Of a DNA stretch of 64,000 nucleotides, positions 33,620 through 48,858 are shown in pieces. A program made the position numbers and the translations under genes. The notes below the pieces were generated by a model. The model was not told the origin of the DNA, searched no databases, and saw nothing but the letters and a program-made list of their open reading frames with translations. Positions within the stretch are counted from its first letter, which is position 1; every line of letters begins with the position of its first letter. Source of the DNA: the human T2T-CHM13v2.0 reference genome, Homo sapiens. The stretch lies in NCBI RefSeq assembly GCF_009914755.1, contig NC_060929.1. One strand, given 5' to 3'.

Positions 33620-35649
33620 CCTCACCAGTGGCCTGAGCACCCAGCAGCCACTGCCACTGCCACTGCCCAGCTGGTACCTGGGGAGTTGGTGGTGAGGCCA
33701 GAGATTGCGTTAGCAGAGATGACAGGCCCAGCCTCACAGGGATGCTTGAGCCAGCCAGTGTCCCGGCCCTGCACTGCCCCAGGCTGTTCATGAAGCATGT
33801 GACCATCAGCATGGACACTTAGAGAACAAAAGGACAAGATAATAAAGTACACAATGATTCTTTGCATCAGAAGGATGTGGTTCATGACAATGACTTTCAG
33901 CCCTACCTTTCTGGAGAGTCAAATTAGAGTAACAATTACCCTTCAGTGAGTGACCTCTACCTGTCCGGCTATTACCCACCATCCACTGGAGTTCCTTAAT
34001 CCCTCAATGAGGCTCTGTGGTCCACTGCAAGGGACCCTTTGATTCTACACCTCATCACCTATGAACAGCTCAGTAACAGAGATCATAATTTTATGCACAA
34101 TTCTATTTTGGGGTGGCCTTGGGGTCCGGAGAACAAAATCTATCAGCACAGGTTTAATTTTTACCCCCAAACCCTGTATTCTTGGCATGGAGGACAAGTG
34201 GGTCTCAAGGGTAGCAGATTCAGAGCTCTACATATGGGAGCAGCTACACCTACCCCCAAGCTCCCTGGGCCACGCAGTGGTTGATGGGCAGATGGGCTTT
34301 CACAGCGACACCCTTAGCAAGGCCCCTGGGGTGAACAGCCTGAAGCAGGGCATAGTCAGCCTGAAAATTGGGGATGTCATCTCCTCTGCAGTCAAGACAG
34401 TGGGCTCTGTCATCAGCAGTGTGGCACTGATTGGCATACTTTCTGGCAATGATGGGACATATGTGAACATGGCAGTTTCAAAGCTGACCTCATGGGCCGC
34501 CATTGCCAGCAAGCCTGCAAAACCACGGCCTAAAATGGAAACAAGGAGTGGGCCTGTCATAGGGGGGTGCATTGCCCCCTCCATCTATAAAGCATAACAT
34601 GGGTATTGACACCCAGGATAACAAGGGGCCTGTGCTGAAGACCCCGGCCCCCCAGGAGACATGATCCTCACAGGCTGTCCTACAACCCCAGAAGGTGCTT
34701 CAGCTTCTCCCAGTGAAGCTTCCTGCTTTGGCTCAACCACAGTATCAGAGCCCTCAGCAGCCATTCCAGACCTGCTGGATCATTCCTCACGTGGAAATAT
34801 GGCATTTGGGCAGAGCAGAGGGGCTGACAGTGGTAGTAACTCTCCTGGAAATACCAAGACTAATTCTGCCCCAAGTATAAAAAAAAGTGAAAGCTGCCCA
34901 CAGTTATAATCCTAAAGAATTTGACTGGAATCTTAAAAGTGGACATGTACGCATTATAAAGAGCTATTCTGAGGATGACATTCACCACTCCATTAAGTAC
35001 TCCCTTTTGTGTAGTACAGAACATGGCACTACTTAGTTGAATAGTGCATTCAGCTCCATAAGCAGCAAGGGGCCTGTCTGCCTGCTCTTTGGCATCAGTG
35101 GGAGTGAGTATTTCTGTGGGGTGGCGGAGATGAAGTGCTCTGTGGACAGCAGCACCAGTGCCGGAGTCTGGTCTCAAGACAAATGGAAGGGGAAGTTTGA
35201 TGTCGAGTGGATTTTTGTCAGTGATGTACCCAATAACGAGCTCAGGCACATCAGACTGGAGAATCATGACAACAAGCCAGTCATAAACCATGACACACAG
35301 GAGGTGCCTTTAGAAAAAGAAAAACAAGTGCTGAAAATTATTGCTTCCTACAAGCACACAACCTTTATCTTTGATGACTTTTCTCACTACGCGAAATGCT
35401 AGGACGATGAGGAGGTGATGTGCAAGGAATGACACAATCAAAATAAACAATAAGAACAAACCAGTTTCTTGTATGTTCTATCATTTGATTTTGAAAAAGC
35501 ATTTATAAAGCACGTGCTTGGTCAGCTCCAGTGTGTCGTCCTTTGCAAGGGCTGAGTGTTGCATTTTTGTCTTTTTGTAGTTCTTTTTTTTTTTTTCGCA
35601 GATGGATCCACATTCACCTGTACTTTTTAAAATGATACTGTAGAACTCA

Positions 35650-35937
<288 letters not shown>

Positions 35938-36529
35938 TCACCTTATCAATGAGACCAATGTGAAATATAAGTATCCTTAAAAACAAACAAAGCAAAACAA
36001 ACCTAGTACATCCCAATTAATTTTTTCTATTTTGTCAGAAATTATGATCTTTTTCCTAAATTCACAGTCATTTAATATCTCCATTTGAGATTTCATAATT
36101 CTCACCCTTTTATTGCTTTATAGCAAACATAAGAAACCATGAGTTGTTTTCTCATTTGAGAGTATTCTGTTAAAATCCCTTGAAAATATCTACCAAGTGG
36201 CTTCTCTGTTCCTTCCCTGTTGTCTGATCTGGCTGGATAGTAATGGGATGCAGTGTGCAGAGGAATTGGAAGATGTTTTAGGTCTGGTTCAATGTTTAGT
36301 CATTCTTAGTTGTTTGCAGATCATTTTTAATTTCCCCCTTTTTCTTCACTTGAGAATCCTTATGGTGTCTTAAAGTTTTATACCAATAATGCTGAGCTTT
36401 AAGTGTAGAATCTCATAGTACAGACAGAGTGAAGGATGATGTCACCAATTGTAAATTTCACCATGTCTAATTTTTTTTTTCTGTTGAATGGGTAAAAACA
36501 AAAAATAAACCCATTTAAAAAATGAATTA

Positions 36530-36862
<333 letters not shown>

Positions 36863-39279
36863 TTATAAAAAAACAGCTTTCATGTTTTGTGAAATGAGGG
36901 ACTCATGAAATAATTGGACTCACCACCACCTGGAATTTCAGTTGAAGATGAACATAGTGACTCCACCAAAGGATTCTACTTGCACTCCAGGAATGGTTCC
37001 TTAACCGAAATGGAAATTCACAAATGACAGATAAAGAATTCAAAGCAGGAATTGCAAGAAAGCTCAATGAGATCCAAGACAAGGTTGAAAAGTAACACAA
37101 AGAAACTTTTAAGCAATCTAGGAAATGAAGGAAGAGATAAACATCTTAAAAATAAATCAATCAGAGTTTCTGGAATTAAAAATCTTAAGGAATTTCAAAA
37201 TAATGACACTCATAGGCTCAAAGTAAAGGGTCAGAGAAAGATCTGCCATGCAAATGGAAAAGAAAAAAAGAAGGAATTGCTATTCTTATATCAGAACAAA
37301 ACAGACTTTAAACCAACAACAGTAAAAAAGAACAAAGAAGGGCAATACATAATGATAAAGTGTTTAATTCAAGAAGGCTTAACTATCCTAAATATTTAAG
37401 CTCCCAACATTGGAGTATCCAGATTCATAAGACAAGTACTTCTAGACTTGTTATAAGATTTAGACAGTCACACAATAATAGTAGTGACCTTCAACACCAC
37501 AATGACTGCATCAGACAGATCATCAAGTCAGAAAACTAACAAAAAAATTCTGGACTTAAACTTGACACTTGACAAATTGGACCTAATAGACATCTACAGA
37601 ATACTCCACCTATCAACCACAGAATATACATTTTTTTATCTGCACATGAAACATAGTCCTAGATTGACCACCTACTCCCCTATAAAGCAAGTCTCAATAC
37701 ATTCAAAAAAATCAAAAACCTACCAACCGTACTCTCAGACCACAGTGAAACAAAAATAAAAATAAATACTAAGAAAATCTCCCCAAAGCATACAATTTCA
37801 TGGACATTAAACAATATGCTCCTGAATGACTTTGGGGTATATGATGAAATCAAGGCAGAAATAAAAAAATTTCAACTAAATAAAAACAGAGACACAAATT
37901 ACCCTAATCTATGGGAATTAGCAAAAGCAGTGTTAAGAGGAAAGTTTATAGTGCTAAATGCCTACTTCAAAAAGTTAGGAAGATCTCAAATTAATGATCT
38001 AACAATGCACCTCAAGGAACTAGGAAAACAAGGATGAACTAACCCTAAAGCTAGCAAAATAAAAGAAATAACTAAAATTAGAGTGGAACTGAATGAAATT
38101 GACACCCAAAAATTCATATAAAGAATTGATGAAATCAAAGGTTGGTGTTTGAAAGAATACACAGGATTGATAGACCACTAGCCAGATTTACAAGGAGAAA
38201 AGATCCAAATAAACACTATCAGAAATGACAAAAGTGACATTACAACTGAACCCACAGAAATAAAAAAAAATGCTCAGGGACTATTATGAATACCTCTATG
38301 CACACAAACTAGGAAATCTAGAGGAAATGGATAAATTCTTGGAAAAACACAATCTCCTAAGATTGAGTCATGAAGAAATTGAAACCTCGAACAGAACAAT
38401 ATCGGGTTCTGAAATTGAATCAGTAATAAAAAAACCTAACAACCAAAAAAGCCCTGGACCAGAAGGATTCATAGCTGAATCCTACCAGATGTACAAAGAA
38501 GACCTGGTACTTATTCTACTGAAACTATTTCAAAAATTTGAGGAGGAGGGTCTCCCCCTTAACTCATTATATGAAGCTAGCAACACCCTGCCAAAGACAC
38601 AACCACTAAAGAAAACTACTGGCCAATATCCCTGATGAACATAGATGCAAAAAAACCTCAACAAAATACTAACAAACTGAATTCAGCAGCACATCAATAA
38701 GTTAGTTGACCATAATCAAGTAGGCTTCATTCCCAGGATGCAAGGTTGTTTCAACATATGCAAATCAATAAATGTGATTCATCACATAAACAGAATTATA
38801 TTACAAAAACTATATGATCATCTCAATAGGTGCAAAAAGAGCTTTAGATAAAATCCAGCATTCTTTCATGGTAAAAACCCTGGAGAAACTAGGCAACATA
38901 CCTCAAAATGATGAAAGCCATTTATGACAAACCCACAGCCAACAACATACTGAACAGGCAAAAACTGGAAGCATTCTCCTTGATAACTGGAATAAGACAA
39001 AGATGCCTACTCTTCCCCCTCCTATTCAACATAGTATTGGAAATACTAGTCAGAGCAATCAGGCCAGAGAAAGGCATCCAAATAGGAAAATAAGTCAAAC
39101 TATCTCTTCTTGCTGATGATATAATTCTATTTCTTGAATACCCTGAAGACTTCATCAAAAGGCTCCAGGAATCAGTAAACAACTTCATCAAATCTTTAGG
39201 ATACAAAATCAATGTAAAAAAACCAGCCGTATTTCTATATACCAATACTGTTCAAGCTGAGAGCTAAATCAAGAATACA

Positions 39280-39459
39280 GGGGGTGGGGTAGAGGGAAGG
39301 AGAGCATTAGGAAAAATAGCTAATGCATGCTGGGCTTAATACCTAGGTGGTGGGTTGATAGGTTCAGCAAACCACCATGGCACATGTTTACCTATGTAAC
39401 AAACCTGCACATCCTGCTCATGTACCCCAGAACTTAAAATAAAAATAAAAATTAAAAAA
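39280..39459 (+). mobile_element. Short L1PA (about PA8-10) 3' UTR insertion
   Basis: GAGAGCATTAGGAAAAATAGCTAATGCATGCTGGGCTTAATACCTAGG..AACCTGCACATCCTG..A-tail. Confidence 0.85.
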
Positions 39460-39509
39460 TTTCTGCATATCACTAATCATTACAGAAATGCAAATCAAAA
39501 ACACAATGA

Positions 39510-39765
39510 TGTAATTCCAGCACTTCGGGAGGCCTAGGCATGTGGAACACTAGAGGTCAGGACTTCGAGACCAGCCTGGCCAACATGGTGAAACCCCATC
39601 TCTACTAAAAATACAAAAATTAGCAGGTCCTAGTGGCATGTGCCTGTGATCTCAGCTACTCCAGAGCTTGAGGCAGGAGAATAGCTTGAGCTCAGGGCAG
39701 GGTGGTGGAGATTGCAGTGAGCTGAGATCAGCCTGGGCCACAGAGTGAGACTCTATCTCAAAAAA
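39510..39765 (+). mobile_element. 5'-truncated older Alu (AluS/J)
   Basis: Alu body; CACAATGA repeated at 39502-39509 and 40101-40108 around the Alu pair. Confidence 0.88.
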
Positions 39766-39776
39766 CAACAGCAACA

Positions 39777-40117
<341 letters not shown>

Positions 40118-40829
40118 TCACACCATTCAGAATAGCTATTATTAAAAAGTCAAAACACAACAGATATTGGTGAGGCTGCAGAGAAAAGGGAGCACTTCTA
40201 CACTGTTGGTAGAAATATAAATTATTTCAGCCACTGTAGAAAGCAGATTGGAGGTTTCTCAAAGAACTTAAAAAACAGAACTAACATTTGACCCAGCAAT
40301 CCATTACTGGGTATATACGCAAAAGAAAACAAATTGTTCTACTGAAAACACATACACTCACATGTTTAGTCCAGTACTATTCACAATAACAAAGACATGG
40401 AATCAACCTAGGTGCCCATCAACAGTGGACTGGATAAAGAAAATGTGGTATATATACACCATAGAATACTTTGGAGCCATACAAAAGAATGAAATCATGT
40501 CCTTGCGGCAATATAGATCCAGCTGGAGGCCATTATCCTAAGCAAATTAATGTAGGAACAGAAAACCAAATACTGTGTGTTCTCATTTATAAGTGAAAGC
40601 TAACCATTGGGTACGTATGGACTTAAAGATGGCAACAATAGACACTAGGGACTACTAGAGTGGACAGGGAGGGAGGGGAGCAGGTGTGGAAAAGCTGTTG
40701 GTTCTATGCCCAGTACCTGGGTGATGGGATCATTTATACCCAAGCCTCAGCATCATGAAATATATCCAGGTAACAAACCTGTACATATACTCCAAAATTT
40801 AAAAGTTGAAAAATTAAAAAAATTAAAAT

Positions 40830-41600
40830 TGCAAATTGATAACATTACATAAAAATTAAACATTCTGTTCAATAAAGAACTCATTGAATAAAATTAACTG
40901 ATAATAAGTGGAAAAACATTTTCAAAATCTAACAGCAACTAGTGCTTAATATATAAACTACACAAGTGTCTCCTAAAAATCAACTAGAAAAAGGCACCCC
41001 AGGGAACAGACAAAAATAGATGAACATGAAATTACAGAAGAATAAACTTAGAAAACTAAGAGGCATGTGATAAGATGGTCAGAATGGTGAGTAATTTAAG
41101 AAATTCAAGTTCAAGCATCATTGAGCTGTAATTGTAAATGATTAGAGTGGCAGGTATTTGAAAGTTAAGTAATAGCAACTGAAATATGAAGGCATAAGAA
41201 CTCTATTGCACTTCTAGTGGTAGTGGTAGTGGATCTGACATGACTTATTCAGATTAAGTGTAAGTGTATCCTACAACCCTACCTTTCTACTTCTGAGTAC
41301 ACATCTCAGTGAGCTTGAGGAGACACATGTGAGGATTTAGGATTTTCTTTGCAGAAATGTTTGTCAAGGCAGGAGTTGAAGGCAGCCCTGGATGTCTGCC
41401 ACCTGGACAGAGATAGAAGAGCTGGGCCTATAGGTAGGTAATCCTAGGTTCCCATCACTGGGGCAGTGGGAAAATAAGCCTGGAAATCCATCACTGGGGC
41501 AGTGGGAAAGGAAAACTGGAAATCGATTACTGGGACACTGGATAGTTAAAATGTGGAACATGTAGATGTTTGAATACCAACCATCCTAAAAGAGTACTGT
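40830..41600 (+). mobile_element. Ancient L1M (L1ME-like) ORF2 end / 3' region
   Basis: Degenerate ORF2 C-terminal motifs (ACATAAAAATTAAACATTCTGTTC, AAGAAATTCAAGTTCAAGCA, GGATAGTTAAAATGTGG). Confidence 0.55.
41452..41540 (+). repeat. 36-bp tandem repeat, about 2.5 copies
   Basis: CCATCACTGGGGCAGTGGGAAA at 41452 and 41488; degenerate CGATTACTGGGACACTGG at 41524. Confidence 0.8.
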
Positions 41601-42052
41601 GAAATTTAAAATCATTTGTACTTTTCTGATTTTATATGTGAAGTCGCTTGGAGTGCTGACTTAAAATGTTCATTGGCCATTTGACAAAATGAGAGTGACC
41701 TTTATTAAATTTTTTAAGTCTGAAGGCTAGAGGATAAGGGCTTAGTTAAGGACTACTGGAATTCATTCCTCATCTTCAAATACTTTCTAAATTAAAAAAA
41801 AAAATACATGCAGAACATTTAATAAAGTCTAACAGTGTCAAAAGGATTAAAATTAAAAATTCATTCACCTGCTTCATGTCTTTTTATTTTCAAACTATAG
41901 CTTCCTTTGGCAGCCACTTTCACTCTTTTATAATAGTTACTTTATATTTTTAAGTTATATACTTACATTTCTTTCTCTCGATTAATTAGTTTAAGGCATT
42001 TATTTGAACTTGAATATCATAGATCAGGATTTTTGCTATCTTGCAACTCCCC

Positions 42053-42429
42053 TGTGATGATTAATGTTATGTGTCAAATTGACTGGACCAAGGGGTATCC
42101 AGGTTAAATATTTTGAGTGTATCTCTGGGAGTTTCCGGATGAGATTAGTATTTGAATCAGTGGACTGAGTAAAGTAGATACTCTTCCGCAATGTGAGTGG
42201 GCATCATTTAATCTGTTCAGGGTTGAGGGCCTGAATAGAACAAAAGGTAGAGGAAGGAGGAATTTGCCCTTTTTTTTTCCTGCCTCACTGTATGAGCTGG
42301 AACTTCTCATTGCAGCTTCTCCTGCCTTGGCCTGGAATATACTTACTTATGTGCAGATGGTAGATCATGGGACTTCTTATCCTCTAAAATCATGTGAGCC
42401 AATTTCTCACAACCTCTCTCTCCACATCA

Positions 42430-42519
<90 letters not shown>

Positions 42520-42585
42520 ATCTATCTATTATATCTATTATATCTATCTCCTATTGGTTTTGTTTCTCTGGAGAACTCTAATACA
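42053..42585 (+). mobile_element. MLT2-family (ERVL) solo LTR
   Basis: TGTGATGATTAATGTTATGTGTCAAATTGACTGG ... GTTTCTCTGGAGAACTCTAATACA, with 5-bp TSD TCCCC at 42048-42052 and 42586-42590. Confidence 0.88.
42431..42528 (+). repeat. Compound tetranucleotide STR (TCTA)11 TCA (TCTA)10 TCA (TCTA)2
   Basis: Counted directly from the sequence. Confidence 0.97.
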
Positions 42586-42759
42586 TCCCCACATTTCTAA
42601 TATATACTATTTTTGGTTACATTATAGTTTTTGTTAAGTTAATATTTAGAGTTTCTATTTTTATGATGTTTTAAGTATCTGCTGAGTCAAATAGTATACT
42701 ATAATAATGAAATAGATTACACTGGCTAATTATGGAAGACTTGGCTACACTGTGCCAAG

Positions 42760-43105
42760 AAGTTCAATGTTACCCGTATAGTAAGAAGTCCAGAAATAGC
42801 AGCTCAGTGATGATGAATAGGCTTCACTATGCCATTTGGGACACAAGTTTCATTCTGACTTTCCAATTGTTTTCATGTGGCTATTTGTATCATGCAGGTC
42901 ACTTCTAGGTTGCAAGATTAATGCTTTATTTTCAGCATTCATCTATATTTCAGACAGGAAGAAAGAATGAAAACAAGCAGAAAGCTTGAGCTCTCTGAGT
43001 CTTTTTTCTTTTAAAATATTTTCCTAGAAGCTCTACCTAATAATGAGTTCCATTTACATCTTATTAGCTAGAGCAATGTCACATGGTCTCCCTTTTAGCT
43101 GAATA
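42760..43105 (-). mobile_element. Old MLT1 (J/K/L-like) LTR fragment
   Basis: AGAAGTCCAGAAATAGCAG..TTCCATTTACATCTTATTAGCTAGAGCAATGTCACATGGTCTCCC. Confidence 0.5.
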
Positions 43106-43477
43106 TTGGCCTTCCTCAACTGGTCTTTTAATTTTCTTTTCTCTCCTATTCTCTAACTCTTTTCTTTTCATTGATTTTTTTTGGGAAAATTTCTAATTTC
43201 TAAATTTATTTTGTGAGTATGCTATTAATTTTTTCTAATTCTATCTGTTACATTTTTTAATTTAAAAGAAATTTTTTTATTTTCATAGCAATCTATATCT
43301 TGTTTCTTGATATAATTTGTTCTCTTATCTCTCTTAGAATATTGAAGATGATTACTTTAAAGCTTGCTGTTATATTCTATGCTGGTTGTGTTTCCTTTGT
43401 ATTTTCTTGCTTTAATTGTTCTTTTGAGTTTTCTCAAACAGCTTAAGATCTTTAGGCGTGAGATATTAGATAAGACC

Positions 43478-43873
43478 CATAGTCTTCTTGGGCCATCATA
43501 ACAAAACACAGTAGACAGGGTGACTTGAATAACAGAATTTATTTTCTCATAGTTCCTGAGTCAAGTTCAAGATCAAAGTGTTGGCAGGGTTGGTTTCTTC
43601 TGAAGGGCTCTCTTCTTGGCTTGTAAATCACTGTCTTCTTTCTGTGTCTTTACATAACCTTCCCTCTGTATGTTTCTGTGTCCTAATTTCCTCTTCTAAG
43701 CACACAAGTCATATTGTATTAAGGCCCACCTAGGACTTCATTTTAACTTAATTACCTATCTCTATAAAGATTCTCTCTCCAAACACAGTTACATTCTGTG
43801 GTACTGGGTTGGGGACTGGGCATTTAAGACTTTAACATGTGGTTTTGGGGGGACAAAGTTCAGTCCCTAAACA
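43478..43873 (-). mobile_element. MLT1A/B-like MaLR LTR
   Basis: CATAACAAAACACAGTAGACAGGGTGACTTGAATAACAGAATTTATTTTCTCATAGTTC..GGGGGACAAAGTTCAGTCCCTAAACA. Confidence 0.8.
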
Positions 43874-44156
43874 ATCTTCATGGATATGTGGGGCAAATTG
43901 TTTTTTAGTTATTCTCTTCTGAGTGCTTTGAAGTCTAACAAGCCAATATTTTGCTAAATGCACTGGTCTTTATTTTCCTTCTTTCTATATTATATTTTGA
44001 GTTCAAATATATCTCCTGGTTTTAATGAATATGGAATTTCTATTTCTTTGTCTACTTGTGAGTTCTGGGAAGTATCTTGGAGGACAAAATGAATAGAAAG
44101 AGTAGAATGCTTTCTGTTCTTCATCTTAAAAATCAGAAATCTCTACTAATGCTTCT

Positions 44157-44595
44157 TGTCATAGGTTGGCCTCCCAAATAAGGACTCTGAGATGGATATT
44201 AGTGTGCAGGAAGTTTGTTAGGAAGCACTGTTGGGATCAACTCCTGTGGAGGTAAGGGAAGTAAATGAAACAGAGTTTGGCAGAAGTAGAAGTTGAGATG
44301 TGATGTGGTCTCAACAAAGGCTTCAGCTGAACCAGGATCTCTGAAGCTGGGATAGCTGTCAGAATTGTCCTGCATCCAGTGAGTGCCTTTGTACTTCTGC
44401 ATCAGTCAATCATTAAACATTGGCGGGCCCATGATGAGAGAGTGACCTTGATTCAGGTGGCTCTTTTTAGGCATAGGATATTTTTGGAGAGAGCTGACAT
44501 CTAAGGGCTGTAAGTTGGCAGAATTTCCAGAAACTGGAATGTAGGTCCTTCATTCCTGAGGGTGATCTGGGTAGCTCATTACAGCATCATCCACC
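44157..44595 (-). mobile_element. LTR16-like ERVL LTR
   Basis: GACTCTGAGATGGATATTAGTGTGCAGGAAGTTTGTTAGGAAGCACTGTTGGGATCAACTCCTGTGGAG. Confidence 0.7.
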
Positions 44596-47059
44596 CTTCT
44601 GCACATATACCTTATGATATATTCAAATTGGTTGACTGTGAATCTTCATCTCTCCTTTTCCTCATCTTGTTTATCTTCTTACATCATTAATCCCTACTTC
44701 TAATTTTGACCTGTCAGAATTCTATTGTTTTTCAAGAACCAGTTAAAGTGTCACATCTCTTATAAAGTCTTCATCAATCATCCTAGTGAAAAATAAAATG
44801 TATCTTTATTCTCTGAAACCCTTTTGACCCTGGATTTTATCTATAGCATGGCACATAGCATACTCTGCCTTAATCGTGGTTCATTATATAATTGGAACTC
44901 CTACGGGATTGTTAATTTCTTATGTACAAGAAACGACAATATTGTTGAAATATCTACATACTAGAAACTCAATAAATTTTCTTTGAATTTAGTATTCATT
45001 GAAATACATCCATTGCAGATCTAGACAACCAGAGATGGCCAAATGCCTTGTCTTGTAAAATGTCAGAGTAATGCACAAACAACTGACAGTAACAGCTAAG
45101 TCCCTTATCTCTTCTTAACCTAAAGCAATATTTTCAATGTTTTAAAATAGCTTGTGCTTGATGCAGTATTTGAACGGAAAGGATAATAAACAGAAATCAA
45201 GGTACAGTTTTTGGAAGAATAGCATAACTTTTGCCTTGTCCAAGGCTTTTGGTATGAATGGAACTGGATCTTAATCCTTTTAAGGATACTTTCTGCATGC
45301 CTATACAGCTAGTGATTTATTTTTGGTTTTTAAGGGTCATATTTTCATAAATTATAGATTTTCTCAATATTATACATTACAGATCTTAAATACTTGAGTT
45401 ATTATTAACACGAAACTAAGAAAAGAAAAGTCTATCAGAGACATGAGGGTAATTCAAAATATTTGGTCATCTTTACACATGATTGAGGTACATTAGTTTA
45501 CTAAGTTAATATGCTATGAATAAAAAAAATATGATATTTCTTAGTAGTCTAGTGTCTGCTCTTTTCTGATTGACCCTATTTTATGTAAGCCCAATAATTT
45601 TCTCTGAGAAATCATTGTGTTTAGTTCTTTTATAATTGGTATGTGATATCATCTCCTTAAAATTCTCTCATTTTTCTGATTTCACTGCTTTATTTCATTC
45701 TTTATTTGCATAGAATCTTAAAGTTTTTAACTACATATGACCCAGTGCACACATGTGTAGTACGTAGTTCTGAAATAAAAGTTTCATGAAACAATACTTA
45801 GTGTGTAGGTACACTCTGCTGTTTTCTTTTCTTTTTCTTTGAATGCAGTAAGATATTGGTTGTGATCCATTAAACCCATTTCACAAACCCTAATGTACCA
45901 AAATCTGCAGTTTAAAGATCCTGCTTTAGAGGGCTAACCCATTCTTAGTCACAATTATCACTCTTCCTTAATCATGTGACACCCAGAACTGATTTCTCAC
46001 CTAATCTTTTTCTTTGTTTTCCACCTTAACTCTGTCTCCAGGCCCTCATCATTTTATACCTTGATTCACATGATAGCTTGCTAGCTCGTCTCCCTACCTA
46101 TATTCTCCTCCCTCCAACTTACTGCCTTCTAATTTGCTTTCAGCATACTAATTCTTTACTCCTCTTACACAAAGTATCTAGCATATTGCTTTGAGGAGCA
46201 GTTTTCAATGAATGCTTTTTGAATGATTGAACACTTAAATTCCCCATGGATTTTATCAGGAAGATAGCTATATAAGAAGGTACTCAGAGTTTCCCAAATT
46301 TGGTCCTGGTCTACTTCACTAAACTTCTCACCTGCTAAATGAGATAATGCCTGATGAATATTATGTATTTGGTATGCAATAGCCATGATATCTGGCATCA
46401 CCATCAATATTATAACCTTTACAAACTCTCCATTTGAACTGTGTTTACTCTGCCTGTGTAAGTCTCCTTTTTATTCTGTTTGTCTAAGTTTGTATCTCTG
46501 CATGAAGTTTATTTCTTTTGTAAAGCCTCTTGGGTCATGCCATTTCTCATGTACCTTTTCCGTATTTGAACTTTTATATTGCTAATTGTTTGAATCTCTC
46601 ATGCCTGCTATGAATGCCAGCTAATTGTATTATAAAGTGCTTCCTGGAGAATATTCTGTGGAGTATTTTTCTTTGGATAGAGGGGCTTAGATGCTCCATA
46701 AAAAGGAACAAAGAAAGGAAGAAAAAGAATAAACGATAGGAAAAGTAATGAAAGGGAAACGAGTAAAACGATAGTCTATGTAAAAATAAATTTGAAAACT
46801 TATGGGTTAAGTGAAGTTAAAGCTACATTTTTAAATATTTGACTGCAGGATTTCTCAGAGTCTTAATGAACACTATAAATCTCCAAAGGGTAAAAATTAT
46901 ACATAGTCATTCCCAAGAATCAATCTATAAGACTGTAGATCCATTTGTGGTCACAACAATCTTCCAGGACTAGAATTCCTCAGAACATACTTCAAGTAAA
47001 TAGGGTGTAATTATTTCACACATACTTTTTAGTTTTCCTTCACAGCATCTGTGTTTATC

Positions 47060-47290
47060 AAACACTGTTATATTCCCAGTTTAACAGATGAAGCAACTGA
47101 GACTTAAAGAGGCTTACCATTTGCCTAAGATCACAAAGCCTTTAGAGGCAGCACTAGCATTTGAATTTCTAGCTCCTGAGTCCAGGCTTAGCCTCACCTG
47201 TTGGGAAGATGACCTCTTGATAACCTCTCTGATCTGTAAAAATGGGGCTGCTGAGCAGATTCAGTGAGATGTGGGATGTAAACTACATGG
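47060..47290. mobile_element. Two MIR fragments in opposite orientation
   Basis: CCCAGTTTAACAGATGAAGCAACTGAGACTTAAAGAGG (minus), then AACCTCTCTGATCTGTAAAAATGGGG (plus). Confidence 0.65.
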
Positions 47291-47548
47291 CTTTCAAAAA
47301 AGGTTAGCTCCCTTTATTTTTTACTTTATTCTAGCCACTTAACATGGTATTTTATTTTATTACTTTAAAAAAGATGTGTCTTGATTCTTTATGTAGATAT
47401 CCTTGATTGAAGAGAAGCTTATATGCCTCTTTTCAAGTCTTTATAAAGCTAAGTCCAGTGCTACTTAGATAAATGCAAAATTCAGAGGTTCATAATTCTT
47501 TGTAATAAGAAAAGAGTATCTGAAGATGATTTTGAAGATGTCACTTTT

Positions 47549-48858
<1,310 letters not shown>

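Noticed and set aside
34061-34597. 178-aa ORF as a functional YTHDF-like gene
   Set aside because: Its N-terminal part is out of frame with YTHDF1, it has no YTH domain, and it is surrounded by stops and frameshifts.
41452-41540. 36-bp periodic repeat as a CRISPR-like array or HCPSDG-repeat protein
   Set aside because: Only ~2.5 head-to-tail copies, no unique spacers, inside an old L1 in eukaryotic DNA; a local duplication.
42264-42600. Hydrophobic IYLS-repeat ORFs
   Set aside because: Artefact of translating the TCTA microsatellite.
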